Source: the human T2T-CHM13v2.0 reference genome, Homo sapiens. Taken from it: a stretch of DNA of 64,000 nucleotides. Made by a program: the position numbers and the translations under genes. A model generated the notes under the pieces. It was not told the origin of the DNA. It was given only the letters and a program-made list of their open reading frames with translations, and did no database searches. The stretch lies in NCBI RefSeq assembly GCF_009914755.1, contig NC_060927.1. The stretch is one strand, 5' to 3'. The first letter of the stretch is position 1. Each line of letters opens with the position of its first letter. Shown here piece by piece: positions 13,431 to 26,629 of the stretch.

Positions 13431-16073
13431 TGTCTCCCTTTTTTCAAAAAATTAAATTAATATACATATATGAGAGATATATAATATATCATATACATAA
13501 TCTTTCACTCTATATTTGGATGTTTTCTTTCTTAAAACTGTATTTTGAAAGAGAGAATCTACACTGTAATGTAGCCAGATTATGATTTTTTTCCTTGGGG
13601 ATTTTCCTCTTTACTCTCTCAAGCTTCTAGGAGTAAACAGATTGCTTGTCTTGCATAGAAAAGCAAGGTAAATATCCTCTCTACAAGAAGCTAAGCCCCT
13701 AATGTGCTTGGTTGTGACACTAGATATCTGATCTCATGGGGCAAAGTTCTTGGGCAGCTGATGTTAGGCCTGAGTCTGGATTGTGATCTCTGAGGAAACC
13801 AAGAAACTGAGATAACCTTAAATTAACTGACAGAGAAACGTAAGAAGATGGCAGTGTTTGAAATTCAAAATTAACTTGGAAATGGGAACTAAAGATGAAC
13901 TTTTTCCCCCATATTCAAATACATCTTTATGGAAATACTTTTTAAAACCATGCTCTATAACACTATCAAATTCATAGGCTCTAACGAAGTTAACCTTGTC
14001 TTTACTACAGATCCCTTCATATTGGTTTTCATTATGCTTCATCTGAAGGAGAAATAGTTGAATGTTCTAAGATTTACTTGTGTTTCAAAACTGACTAACT
14101 AATTATAGGCTCATAAATATTTTTGAGGTAGGTGGAAATTAATTACTCTCCCATAAACGGCTCAACAGATTATGATAAAACAAGTCCCAAAACAAATTTT
14201 CTGCCACACATGCAACATTTATTAATCATATGTTTATTGGCAAGCAAGCAGAAAAAAATTCAAATAATTTGTTCATCCAGCTTGAGTAAACCTTTCAAGT
14301 ATCCTGACCACATCTTAAAGGGTTCATATAAGGCAAACCCTCAGCCTTCCAAAGCCCGGCCCCACTTAAAAGGAACAGAGTGGCAAGTTGGATTAAGCAA
14401 AAACACACCCAACTGTTTGCTGTCTTCAGGTCCATCTCATATGTAAAGACACTCATAGGTTCAAAGTAAGGAGTTGAAGAAAGATCTACCATGCAAATAG
14501 AAAATGAAAAAAAGAGTAGAGGTAAAACAGACTTCAAACCAAAAACAGTTAAAACGGGCAAAGAAGGGCGTTACATAATGACAAATGATTCAAGTCAACA
14601 GGAAAACTAAACGATTCTACATATATATGCAACACAAATTGAAGCACCCAGATTCATAAAACAAGTACTTTTAGACCTATGAAAAGACTTGGACAACCAC
14701 ACAATAACAGTGGGTGATTTCAACATGCCACTGACAGTGCTAAACAGATCTTTAAGACAGAAAATTAACAAATAAATACTGAACTTAAATTGAGGTCTTG
14801 ATTAATTGGACCTAATAGATGTCTATAGAATACTCTACCCATCAAATGCAGAATATACAGTCTTCTAATTGGCATGTGGGACATACTCCAAGATTGATAA
14901 CATGCTTTGTGATAGAGCAAGTCTCAATAAATTCAAAAATATAAAAATAAAAATTATACCAACCATACTGTTGGACCACATGGAATAAAAATAGAAATTA
15001 ATTATAAGAAAATCTCTCAAAGCCACACAGTTCCATGAAAATTAAACAGCTTGCTCATAAATAACTTTCAGATAAACAAGGAAACTAGGGCAGACATTTA
15101 AAAAAATTCTTGAAAAAAAAATTAAAACAGAGACACAACATGCCAAAGTTTCTGGGATGCAGCAAAAGCAGCTTTATAGGGCCAAATGCCTACATCAAGC
15201 AATTAGAAAGATCTCAAATACCTGGAGGAACTAGAAAAATATGAACAAACTAACCCCAAAACTAGCAGAAGAAAAGAAATAACTAAAATCAGAGCAGAAT
15301 CAAACAAAATTAAGACCCAGAAATCCATAAAAAGGATCAACAAATGAAAAAGTTGGTTTTTTGAAAGGACTAACAAGATTGACAGACTGCTAGCTAGAGA
15401 AACCCAAAAGAGAAAGGGAGAAAAGCCAAATAAGCACAATCAGAAATAACAAGGGTGACATTACAACTAATCCCACAGAAATATAAAAGGCCCTTAGAGA
15501 CTACTATAAACACCTCTATGCATACAAACTAAAAAATCCAGAGGATGTGGACAAAATCCTGAAACACACAACCTCCAACCTCCAAAGACTGAAACAGGAA
15601 GAAATTAAAACCACGAACAGACAGAGTTTTGAAATTCAATTAGTCATAAAACAAAATGTACTAACCAAAATAAAGCCCTGGGCCAGATGGATTCACAGAT
15701 GAATTTTACCAAACATACAAAAAAGAGCTAGTACTAGTTTTACTAAAATTGTTCCAAAAAATACAGGAAGCAGAACTCTTTCAAAATTATTTCTACAATG
15801 TCAGCATCACTTTGATACCAAAATTTGGCAAAGACACAATTAAACTGCAGCCCAATATTCTTGATGAACATAGATGCAAAAATGTTCAACAAAATACTGG
15901 CAGAATGAATCCAGCAGCACATCAAAAAGTTAATTCACCACAATCAAATAGGCTTCATTCCTGATATGCAAGGTTCAACATACACAAACACAAGGTTCAA
16001 CACACAATATACACAACATACATAAATCACCAAATATTATTTACCACATTCACAGAATTAAAAACAGAAACCA

Positions 16074-16447
<374 letters not shown>

Positions 16448-16918
16448 TCAAAATTCCTTCATGATAAAAACCTTCAAAAAACTCGGCATCTAAGGAACAC
16501 ACCTCAGAATAATAATAGCCAACTATAACAAACTCCCAGCCAACGTCATACTGAACAGGCAATAACTGGAAGCATCCCCTTTGAGAGCTGGAAGAAGATG
16601 AAAATGGCCACTCTCATTACTCCTATTCAACATAGTACTGGAAGTCCCAACCAAAACAATCAGGCAAGAGAAAGAAGTAAAAGGCACCCAAACAGGAAAA
16701 TAAGTCAACTATCTCTCTTCACTGACAATATGATTCTATGCTTAGAAAACTTTAAAAGATTCCATCAAAAGTCTCTTGGAACTGATAATGATAAAGTTTC
16801 AGGATACAAAACCTATGTACAAAAATCAGTAGCATTTCTATACACCAATAATGTTCAAGGTGAGAGCCAAATCAGGAATGCAATCTTATTTACAATAGCC
16901 TCAAGAAATAAAATACCT

Positions 16919-17230
16919 GGCCGGGCGTGGTGGCTCACACCTGTAATCCCAGCACTTTGAGAGGCCGAGGCGGGTGGATCACGAGGTCAGGAGATCCAGA
17001 CCATCCTGGTTAACACGGTGAAACCCCATCTCTACTAAAAATACAAAAAAATTAGCCGAGCATGGTGGTGGGGGCCTGTGGTCCCAGCTACTCAGGAGGC
17101 TGAGGCAGGAGAATGGCATGAACCTGGGAGGCGGAGCTTGCAGTGAGCCGACATTGAGCCACTGCACTCCAGCCTAGGCAACAGAGCAAGACTCCATCTC
17201 AAAAAAAAAAAAAAATTAATAAATAAAATA
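16919..17230 (+). mobile_element. AluY, full length
   Basis: ggatcacgaggtcaggagat, taacacggtg, gaatggcatgaacc and ggagcttgcag. TSD aaataaaatacc. Confidence 0.92.
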
Positions 17231-20200
17231 AAATAAAATACCCAAGAATACGTCTAACCAGGAAGGTGAATGACCTCCACAAGGATAGTTACAAAACACT
17301 GCTGAAATAAATTATAAATGGCACAAACAAATGGAGAAACATTCCAGGTCATGGATTTGGAAGAATCAAATCAATATTGTTAAAATGGCCACACTGCCCA
17401 AGGAAATGTACAAATCCAACATTGTTCCCGTCAAACTATCATCATCATTTTTCATAAAATTAGAAAAAAAATAACTATTCTAAAATTAATATGGGTGATG
17501 GGATTAATTGGGCCCCAATATATGCATCACACAATACACTCATGTAACAAACCTGCACATGTATCCACTTAAACTAAAATAAAAGTTGAAAAGAGTCATA
17601 GGAATGTCAGATACTTTTTGCTTAATATGGAGGGATAGGGAAAAGTGTGAAGATTAACAAATTAACTAACATATTCAAAACTACACATTACCAAACTGAG
17701 ACTCTTTGTTGCCTCTAAAAGATTTATTTATATCTAAAATAACATAATGAAACAAGGAAAACAAGACCTTTCTGAGACAGTACATTTATACTGAGGTAGT
17801 AGAAGAACTCTCTCATTTAATTAACATTAAAACAACAATAAGAGACAAACCTAAAGTTCTGATTTGGTTATGTTCCACACTAAGTATACCCCTAAAAATG
17901 AAAGGAATGTCTGGGTCCCAAATTTGATTTTTCTGCAAGTATTTTCTTTCCTGTCAATGATACTTCACAGCCACTCCCACCTGCATTGTCATTTTAAGTT
18001 TCCTAATGTTAAGAGGAGGCTGAGAAATATAATTGAATTTTAGAATCTATAGACTCATTCATCTCCAGCATCTTAAAGGCTCCAGGCAAAGTGTTTGGAT
18101 ATCCCACACTGAATTTTCCTGATCGGTTTACATTCAAGCCCTCAGCAACAAGAGATGCCCATTGGCCATCTTTTAGACTTTAGGAGTATGACTGGTACTG
18201 GATCAATAATCCACTCTTATTAGCAAGGACCTGCTCTAGAGACACTTGTAGGATGTCTCTAGACATGATGAAGACTCAGTGCTGTTTGAACAGTGAGGCT
18301 TGGCTTTCTAGCCGAGGCAGTGGTTTAGAGGGGGAGTATGGCCTCAGGGTGGCCACATACTCTTAACCACAGGAACTCCACTTTCTATCCAGACAAAATT
18401 CCTTAAGGTTTATGAAAGGGCCTTTCTTGCCTTAGACTAAATACTGCACCTGTGTTGTGCTGATTCAATTTGCCAGGTATACAAGTAACAGCAATTTAAA
18501 AATTTGCAACAGCCATTTAGAAAACATTAAAGCATAAGCTTCTATAGGCACTACAAGTAATAGGAATGCTTGTATATTAAGCTGATGACTTTTATTTTTC
18601 AAAACTCTCCCAATATTGCTTAATTTTATTCAGATACTCTCATTTTCTTCGTATTACTTCAAATATAATTTTAAATGCACTTTAAAACACTTCCTTCTTA
18701 AAAAGTCTTATATGATGTTGGACTAAATATAATAAAATAGGCACACTTTGGATTAGAAAAAAAATTACTGCTTTATATTTATTCTATGAAAACATTGATG
18801 TGTTTTCTATGTGATTAAATAGACATTTTTTGCCATTTAAGATGGAATTGTTCATGAGCCCAGGCTAAAATTTCTAGGCAAAAACCAACAGCAACAACAG
18901 TAATAATAATAACTGAAAAAAGAAAAAAAACAAAGAAAACATTTAACCATGAAGGGATAACTGATGAAATTATGTGGCACTGGAACTTAAAAGAGTGAAA
19001 AGAAATTTCTCTTTATAACCTTTTAATCATTAGATGCAACCGAAATAAAACATAAATGAGAAATTGTGATTTTTTTCCATATTGAGTGAAAATTGATAGT
19101 GATTTTTATGAAGTCTCATATATGTGAAAGAATATCTATATTTACATATTAAGTGCTGCTGCAAGAATTATATTAACTAGAATGCCTCCATGCCTATATT
19201 ACATATGAGGAAAATGAGCTAATTGATGTCCTTTGTTGAAAAGTTTTAAATATACTCTGTTACATCTTGTTACATAATGTATCATTTATATTATTAAGAC
19301 AGTTGATTTAGTATAGATTTAGCTATTAATTCAAAGCTTACAAAAGTCTACAGTTAAGAAGTGTGTTGTGCAGTGCAAATAGTTATCATTGCTCAAATCC
19401 AATAGCTGACCTCAAATTGAGTTTGTAAGATGAGGGCATAGACTGACAGGAGCTAGCATATCAACATACTGAATTCTAGAGGCAAGTTTATTTTTCCTTT
19501 GAGAAAAGTAGTTCTTATGGTTTGCCCTTCCAGAAAAGATGGGACTTACTATGTTGACCTTTTCCTGACTTTATGGGTCTTATGGGGGAAATCTATAAGT
19601 AACTCTTTGGAACTCATTCTCAATATACGGCGGCAAATATATGTTAAGTACTGTTATAAAATTAATGTTAACAATATAGGACATTTTCAATACAATTATA
19701 ACCTTTCACATATTTTGATATCTATTAATGTTGCATCAGTATCATCATATTAAAATTGACTCAATTTATATTTAATTTTAATTTTTCATTTTCAAATACA
19801 GTGTGAAAATGAATGGATTTTTGCAACAGCCTTGTAAAGAAGACCAAAATATTAGGATATAGTTATTAAACTGAATTTCTATACAATGCTTTATATAAAA
19901 TGGAGTAGGAGAGATAATAAAGGGATAACATGTAACTGTCTAATAAATTTATTTTCAAGTGAGCATTCGTTTCCTATTCTAATATAAATCTGAGCTTATT
20001 AAACATTTTTCCATGAAAGTTAATTTTAATTACCAAGTAAGCAATATTTTTTTGGAAGAAGAAAATTCTAAAATTTTGGTGACAAAAATCTTATCCCAGA
20101 TAAGAGATGTTAGCAAAAATATTTTTAAAAACATATAAACATTTTCTATGTTTAAGGGGAATTAATCACCCTAACTTTATGCTAAGAATCTTAACACTTG

Positions 20201-20639
20201 AGAAGCTTACAGATGCTAATCACTGCCTTTCTTGAGGGTGTTACGTATGTGTTGTATTTTTATTTTTATTCACGTCTTTAGAGAGTGAAAGAGGAGCAAG
20301 ACAGAATAATAACTTAAGGGTGTCTTTTAGCACTTAACTTAGCTGCACATATATGGAAAAGAAAAGGTACATGATAGGCACAAGACATATTGTGCTTTCA
20401 ATTTCAATGCCATTTAATAGCCAGAAGAACATTTACAAAATCAAATCATATAAAATATTAAAAGAATTTTGATGCTAATGAGGGTGGAAAAAGCTGTTGA
20501 GGTTAGAGTAAGTACAGTTACATGCTGTAAGTGTGTTATAAAAATGGGGAGGAACTGTGAAGTTTAAAACACGTCTACAACTGTAGTTTAATCTCCATAT
20601 AATCTAAGCAATTATTTAAAAAAAATTTTCAATCTACGC

Positions 20640-20735
20640 ACTTTCAATTGAAGTCACTCATGTGACCAAAACCCTCCAATGGCTTTCTGTCTCATTCAGA
20701 GTAAATCCAAAGTCCTTCCCTGTGCTTTCATCTGC
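20640..20735 (+). mobile_element. L2 fragment
   Basis: ccaaaaccctccaatggctttctgtctcattcagagtaaatccaaagtcctt. Confidence 0.6.
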
Positions 20736-21029
20736 CCTGTGCCATCCTCCTCCACCCCCTTTCATGCATGTCTTTGAACACACCACATCATCTCACAAGG
20801 ACTTTGTCCCAACTCTTTTCTCTACTTGTAAGTTTGGGTTGTTGGCCAGATAAACCCAGGGCTCAATCCCTTATTTCAGTTAGTACTCAGTCAGGAACAC
20901 AGAAACCTCTCTGTATAATTCAAGCAGGGCGAGATTTCAGTGCAAGCATGTGGTCACAGAAGAAATGAAAAGACTAAAGCAGCAAACCAAAAAGTAGGGT
21001 ACTATTGAAAGATTTAAACCTTTACCATC

Positions 21030-21540
21030 TGTGATAGGCAGAACAATGTCCCTGAATCCCCAAAGATGTCCACGTGCTCATTCCTGGAACCTGTAAATAT
21101 GTTGTATGACTATGGCAAGGGGAATTACTATTATATATGTAATTTAAAATGCTAATCAGGTGACCTCAAAATAAGGAGATTGTTCTGAATCATTAGAATG
21201 TTATTGTTAGAATGTAATTATTAGGTCATCAGGTCGAATGTTATTATCACAATGTAATCATCACAGTTTTTATGAGTGGAAGAAGGAGTCAGAAGAATCA
21301 AAGTCTACAGACCTAAAGATGCTGCTCTGCTGATTTAGAAGAAGACAGCAGGTGTCAAGAAATGGAGCAGCATCTGAAAACTGGAAAAGTCAAGGAACCA
21401 ATTCTGCCCTAAAGGCTCCAGAAGGAACACAGCAGTACTGACACCTAGCTTTCAGCCTAGTGAGAACCATTTTTAACCTCTGACCTCCAGAAATGTAAGG
21501 CAATAAATTTGCATTGATTCAAGGACAAAATTTCTGCTAA
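21030..21540 (+). mobile_element. MLT1D/E-like solo LTR
   Basis: tgtgataggcagaacaatg...caaagatgtccacgt...ctgacctccagaaatgtaaggcaataaatttg. Confidence 0.8.
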
Positions 21541-21797
21541 ATCAGCCTATGAGCCGACATGTCCTTCTGACCTGGTGATTGGCTTAACTATATACATATA
21601 ACAATAGGTCCTATAATTTTTTAATTTATGGTAGTTTTGATTATTATAAGTCACTTCACATTCATCAGGATTTTGCATTTACTTTTAAAGTTTTAACTTC
21701 CACTAATGTTTTTGAATTTTAATGTATTCTCTTATCCCTGAATGCTCTACTAAGTATCGAACTTGTATGTCAAAACTTATTTTATATAGTTTATACG

Positions 21798-21880
21798 TTA
21801 TATAAAATAAGTTTATCTTACATAAACTTATTTTTATGTAAGTTTATGTAGTTTATGTAAGATAAACTTATTTTATATAA
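21798..21880. repeat. Perfect AT-rich inverted repeat, 31-bp arms, 21-nt spacer
   Basis: ttatataaaataagtttatcttacataaact (21798-21828) is the exact reverse complement of 21850-21880. Confidence 0.95.
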
Positions 21881-22294
21881 TGTTAGATAGACATTTTATT
21901 GGACAGTCACAGATAATATAATTTTATTAATATCATTATGTTAAATACAAGAGCTATTATGTTCTAAAAATACTATTGTATTTATGTTCTTTCCTTTTCG
22001 ATATGCCTCACACAGGCTGCATTCTTTCCTATTCCTTATTTTTGTAAAAGGTCTACTATCCCTTGGAATTTTAAAGTGAAAAGTCAGGCATATATTCTAA
22101 CATGTGTCATTCATAACCTACTGACTATTTTACATCTTAACTACTTGACTTTTTCCCTTCTTCATCATCTTAAGCATCCTGACACTCACTGTGCTAGTTC
22201 TGGTCATCAACTTTTCTTGCCTAGGTAATTGTTTTTCTTCTTTGTTGTAGCATCTTCCACTTGCAGCTTTTTAAATAGTCATATTTTCTATTTT

Positions 22295-22575
22295 ACTTTT
22301 AATTGACTTGAAATCATTATATATATTTATGTGATACACTGTGATATATTTTGATACATGTATGTGATATGTAATGATTAAATCAGGATATTTAGCATAT
22401 CCATCACTAAAACATTTATCATTGCTTTTGGTTACGATCATCTCCTTTTTAGCTATTAGAAAATATATTATAAATTATTAGCCATAGTCACCTTACAGTA
22501 CTATAGAACCCTAGAACCTATTCCTCCTATCTAGCTGTAATTTTTTGTATCCCTTTTATAGTTTCCATCCTTCCC
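22295..22575 (-). mobile_element. L1MA 3'UTR end fragment
   Basis: ttttgatacatgtatg...aatcaggatatttagcatatccatcac...ctattcctcctatctagctgtaa. Confidence 0.8.
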
Positions 22576-22639
22576 TGTCATCATCAAAATTGAATAATTT
22601 TATTTTGTATCCTTTTGATTGTATCTCACATTGTAAGTT

Positions 22640-22965
22640 TTTCCTTTAAAAGACAGAAAGCTACTACTTCCTAGTCACCTTTGCAGCTAGTATGCAGACA
22701 TATTATCTAGATTTCATCAATCAAATATACATCAAGTTTTCAGTTCTGAAGTTAGAAGTGAAGTGTCTGTTTTGCTGTAACAGGTTGTGACAGAAAGCAG
22801 CACGGCTTTCAATTTCAGGCTGTTCTTTTGCAGTCTTGAGTTGATTAGTATCAGTATCACAAACTGTCAGCCCAGTGTGTGGTGTTGTTCAGAGTATTTC
22901 TCCAGTAAATTTAATCTCGAACCTGTTTTTCTAGACATTTCAATGATTCTGTGAGCTAACATATC
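22640..22965 (+). mobile_element. LTR33-like ERVL LTR fragment
   Basis: ctttgcagctagtatgcagacat...caatcaaatatacat...ttcaatgattctgtgagcta. Confidence 0.45.
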
Positions 22966-23229
22966 TTCCCAAAGCCTAATTCCAGTGTCAAACCTCATCA
23001 CTGCTGAATTTCTTCAATGACCCACATGCCAGGATGAAGTTCTGGCTCTTTGAAATTATATCCAATCTCCTCCATGACACAACTTCAGCTTTGGTTTCTA
23101 TCCTTTCCTACTGTGTCTGACACATGACGTTTTACAACTTCACGATTCTTTCTCTTGATATCTAAAATAACTTAGTTCTTGATATCTAAAATATTTTCCC
23201 TCATCACTTCCACCCTCTATCCTGCCAAT

Positions 23230-23490
23230 CAGTAAGCTCAAGAGCTCCTCCAGGAAGCCTTCAATGTCTTTTTCTCAACCTGTTCCTGTTTTCAGCAAAG
23301 TGACATTCTTCTGTGACCTCATAGCTCCCTGCATATTCTTCTATCATAAAATTATCTTTATTATATATAATTATCTGTGTTTATGTGCCTACCATACACT
23401 TAGTGAGTTCCTTGATAGAGGCTGAAGATAAATTTGTATATTTCCAACACTTATCAAGCACCTGTTATTTAGTACATTTCGTACACGAAT
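23230..23490 (+). mobile_element. L2 3' fragment
   Basis: ctcctccaggaagcctt...tagtgagttccttgatag. Confidence 0.55.
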
Positions 23491-23744
23491 GATTATCTTA
23501 TAAGTATCAATATAACTACATGTGATTGGGATTACACTTATAACTAAAACAGAGAGAGGCAAGGATAGGGAAAACATCTTTCTCATTCCTAAAGGTATAG
23601 AAATCAAGATACATTTATTTCTTTCGAGATGCTGTGTGTGAGAGACATTCTGTGAACAAATAGGTTTGGAAAATGTTGAAGAATGCACCTTTTATTGCAT
23701 ATTTATTATATTTATTGACATCGTCAAAGTTCTATGAAATCGTG

Positions 23745-24663
23745 CAACCCCATCAAAAAGTGGGCGAAGGACATGAACAGACACTTCTCAAAAGAAGACA
23801 TTTATGCAGCCAAAAAACACATGAAAAAATGCTCATCATCACTGGCCATCAGAGAAATGCAAATCAAAACCACAATGAGATACCATCTCACACCAGTTAG
23901 AATGGCAATCATTAAAAAGTCAGGAAACAACAGGTGCTGGAGAGGATGTGGGGAAATAGGAACACTTTTACACTGTTGGTGGGACTGTAAACTAGTTCAA
24001 CCCTTGTGGCAGTCAGTGTGGCGATTCCTCAGGGATCTAGAACTAGAAATACCATTTGACCCAGCCATCCCATTACTGGGTATATACCCAAAGGACTATA
24101 AATGATGCTGCTATAAAGACACATGCACACGTATGTGTATTGCGGCACTATTTACAATAGCAAAGACTTGGAACCAACCCGAATGTCCAACAATGGCAGA
24201 CTGGATTAAGAAAATGTGGCACATATACACCATGGAATACTATGCAGCCATAAAAAATGATGAGTTCATGTCTTTTGTAGGGACATGGATGAAATTGGAA
24301 ATCATCATTCTCAGTAAACTATCGCAAGAACAAAAAACCAAACACCGCATATTCTCACTCATAGGTGGGAACTGAACAATGAGAACACATGGACACAGGA
24401 AGGGGAACATCACACTCTGAGGACTGTTGTGGGGTGGGGGGAGGGGGGAGGAATAGCTTTAGGAGATATACCTAATGCTAAATGAAGAGTTAATGGGTGC
24501 AGCACACCAGCATGGCACATGTATACATATGCAACTAACCTGCACATTGTGCACATGTACCCTAAAACTTAAAGTATAATAATAATAAAATAAATAAATA
24601 AATAAAATAAAATAAAGATAACATAGACAAAAAAAAGGTTAATTAGGTTCCAAAAAAAAAAAA
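23745..24663 (+). mobile_element. L1PA3-like 5'-truncated L1 (ORF2 C-terminus, 3'UTR, tail and short extra segment)
   Basis: Translation [19 protein letters not shown]...HRIFSLIGGN with one premature TGA at 24103-24105. 3'UTR has gagaacacatgg and ttaggagatatacctaatgctaaatga. TSD gaaatc(g/c)tgcaa at 23736-23747 and 24664-24675. Confidence 0.93.
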
Positions 24664-25429
24664 GAAATCCTGCAATATCAAAAATATGTAACTTCAGTTT
24701 CTATTTTGTAGTGTTCCATATTAACAGCTTAAGGAAGTAGGGTTCCTAGGGACACAAATAGAATAAGAGTGTAGAAGTGAAAACAGAGTCAGCCATGTGT
24801 CTCAGTATGATCTTGTCCATCATTTTCAATGCTGGGGGATGTGAGTCTGTTTTATTATTCCATTATATTATACCTTTTTTGAATGTTCAGAAATCTGCAA
24901 TTTAAATGTTTTATATGGAAAAGAGCATAGTGCTTTTAGTTCTCATTGGAATCAATGATGGCAATGCTAAGCCTGAGTAAAAAATATTTGACAGTAAACT
25001 TCTCTTTTTAATCTATTCATTTCAAATTGATTTTTCAAAATTGACCTATGCTGCTGTCAACAATCCTCACTTTGATACTGATTTGACTCAACGTCAAACA
25101 AACCAAATAAGCAGGATTCTGAAGCAGGGAAGTCAAGTTAACAGACAGTAAATTTGACATTCTGAAGAATAATTTGTTTTAAAATGATGAATATCATAAT
25201 TTTCATGAGTCTACACATTATAATAGAAGCTATATGTCTGTAAAGAATTGATTTCTTATCAAAATAAAAGCTAAAGCTATTTTTGAATGTAACTATCTTG
25301 AAAGTGTAGCATTTTTTTGAAATTATATGTGGTAGCAAAGCAACTTTCATATAGTTATTAATTTTACACTCGAGATTTATTCTAGAGATTGCTAATTGAT
25401 TATCTTTCCATATATTTTACTTTTTAGCT

Positions 25430-26330
25430 ATTGAAAATGGTCACCCAGAATAACACATTTCCCCACTTTTCCTGAAGCTAGATTTGAAGATATGACTACC
25501 TTGTGGCCAGTGGGATATAAATGCATCTTTTCTGTGTAGACTTCTGGGAACTTTTTTAGGAGAGCCCTAGCTACATCCTTTCTGGATCCTAATACCTGTA
25601 GCAAAGAGGAAACTTTGCACAATGGGGATAAGGATCACACCATACAGATGATAAATGATTACATTGGAAGAATCCAGGCTATAAAAAATTGTATTTTTCA
25701 AAAAGGATACAGCAAGATTTCAGATCTCAAATACTGTTCCAGAACCTATTGCCTGTGACAATCGTTACTCCCCCTAAAGAGGCAAAATGATTTCCTTTCC
25801 ACTGGAACCGGGGTCAAATTTTTTGATGGCCTTGATGAATAAAGTGTGGCACAAGTGACACTGCAAGACTTTGGAGGGTAGGCCATAAAGGGAAAGAAAG
25901 CTTCTGGGTTTCTTTTAGTCCTGGGACTGGGCTGCCATGCTGTGACAAAGCACACATGAAAGAACATCAAGAGATGTTTAGATGAAATCCAAATCACATT
26001 TATGTGAATCCAGCCCCCAGCCTTTGAATCCTTCAGTTAACTCCCCCAACTTTGTGGAGTAGAGAAAAATTGTCCCCACTGTGACTATCCAAATATCTTG
26101 CCTTCACAATCTGAACATAATAAATTTTTGATTTATACCAATACATTTTGTAATAATTTTGTTACAGAGCCAGATAAATTGAAACACTGGATTACTGGAG
26201 ACTTTGTTGATTAGTGTTGTCAAACAAACTCTGGAATGAATCACTCTAAACTTTATTGTAAAAACAAATCAACATTATTATGTTTAAGCCATTGTTATCA
26301 GATTTTCTTACTTATAGCCGAGGGTAATCT
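25430..26330 (+). mobile_element. LTR16-like ERVL LTR remnant interrupted by an MLT1G/H-like LTR (~25735-26186)
   Basis: Outer: acacatttcccc...agctaga...ggccagtgggatataa and tgtttaagccattgttat. Inner: aagtgacactgcaagacttt, gctgccatgctgtga and gttacagagccagataaattgaaaca. Confidence 0.5.
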
Positions 26331-26339
26331 TTCTTTTGC

Positions 26340-26629
26340 TCAGTGATCTCTCTCATGCTCATAGGTACAACTGCCATGTGTAGACCCATTACCCAAATCT
26401 CTATCTTGGACTGACACCTTGCTGATGAGCTGCACATTCATATATTTGATTGCCTACAGATTATCTTTACTCTAATATCTTACAGGAAGATCAGATACAG
26501 CATATATATCTCAACTCAAACTCATTAATATTTATCCACAATCTTATCTTCATTCTACATTCTGTACTTTGGTTAAAGGCACCATAAAACACCCAGTCAA
26601 TCATAAAAACAGAGTACCCACTTGGTATT
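26340..26629 (+). mobile_element. L2 fragment (host of the THE1 insertion)
   Basis: cccaaatctctatc...atatttgattgcctac...caaactcatta...ttggttaaaggcacca. Confidence 0.55.

Noticed and set aside
13570-13810. Possible old LTR fragment
   Set aside because: Composition is suggestive, but I could not match a family or define termini.
23734-24375. Well-preserved L1 ORF2 peptides as a CDS
   Set aside because: 5'-truncated element with no promoter and an in-frame stop; not a functional gene.
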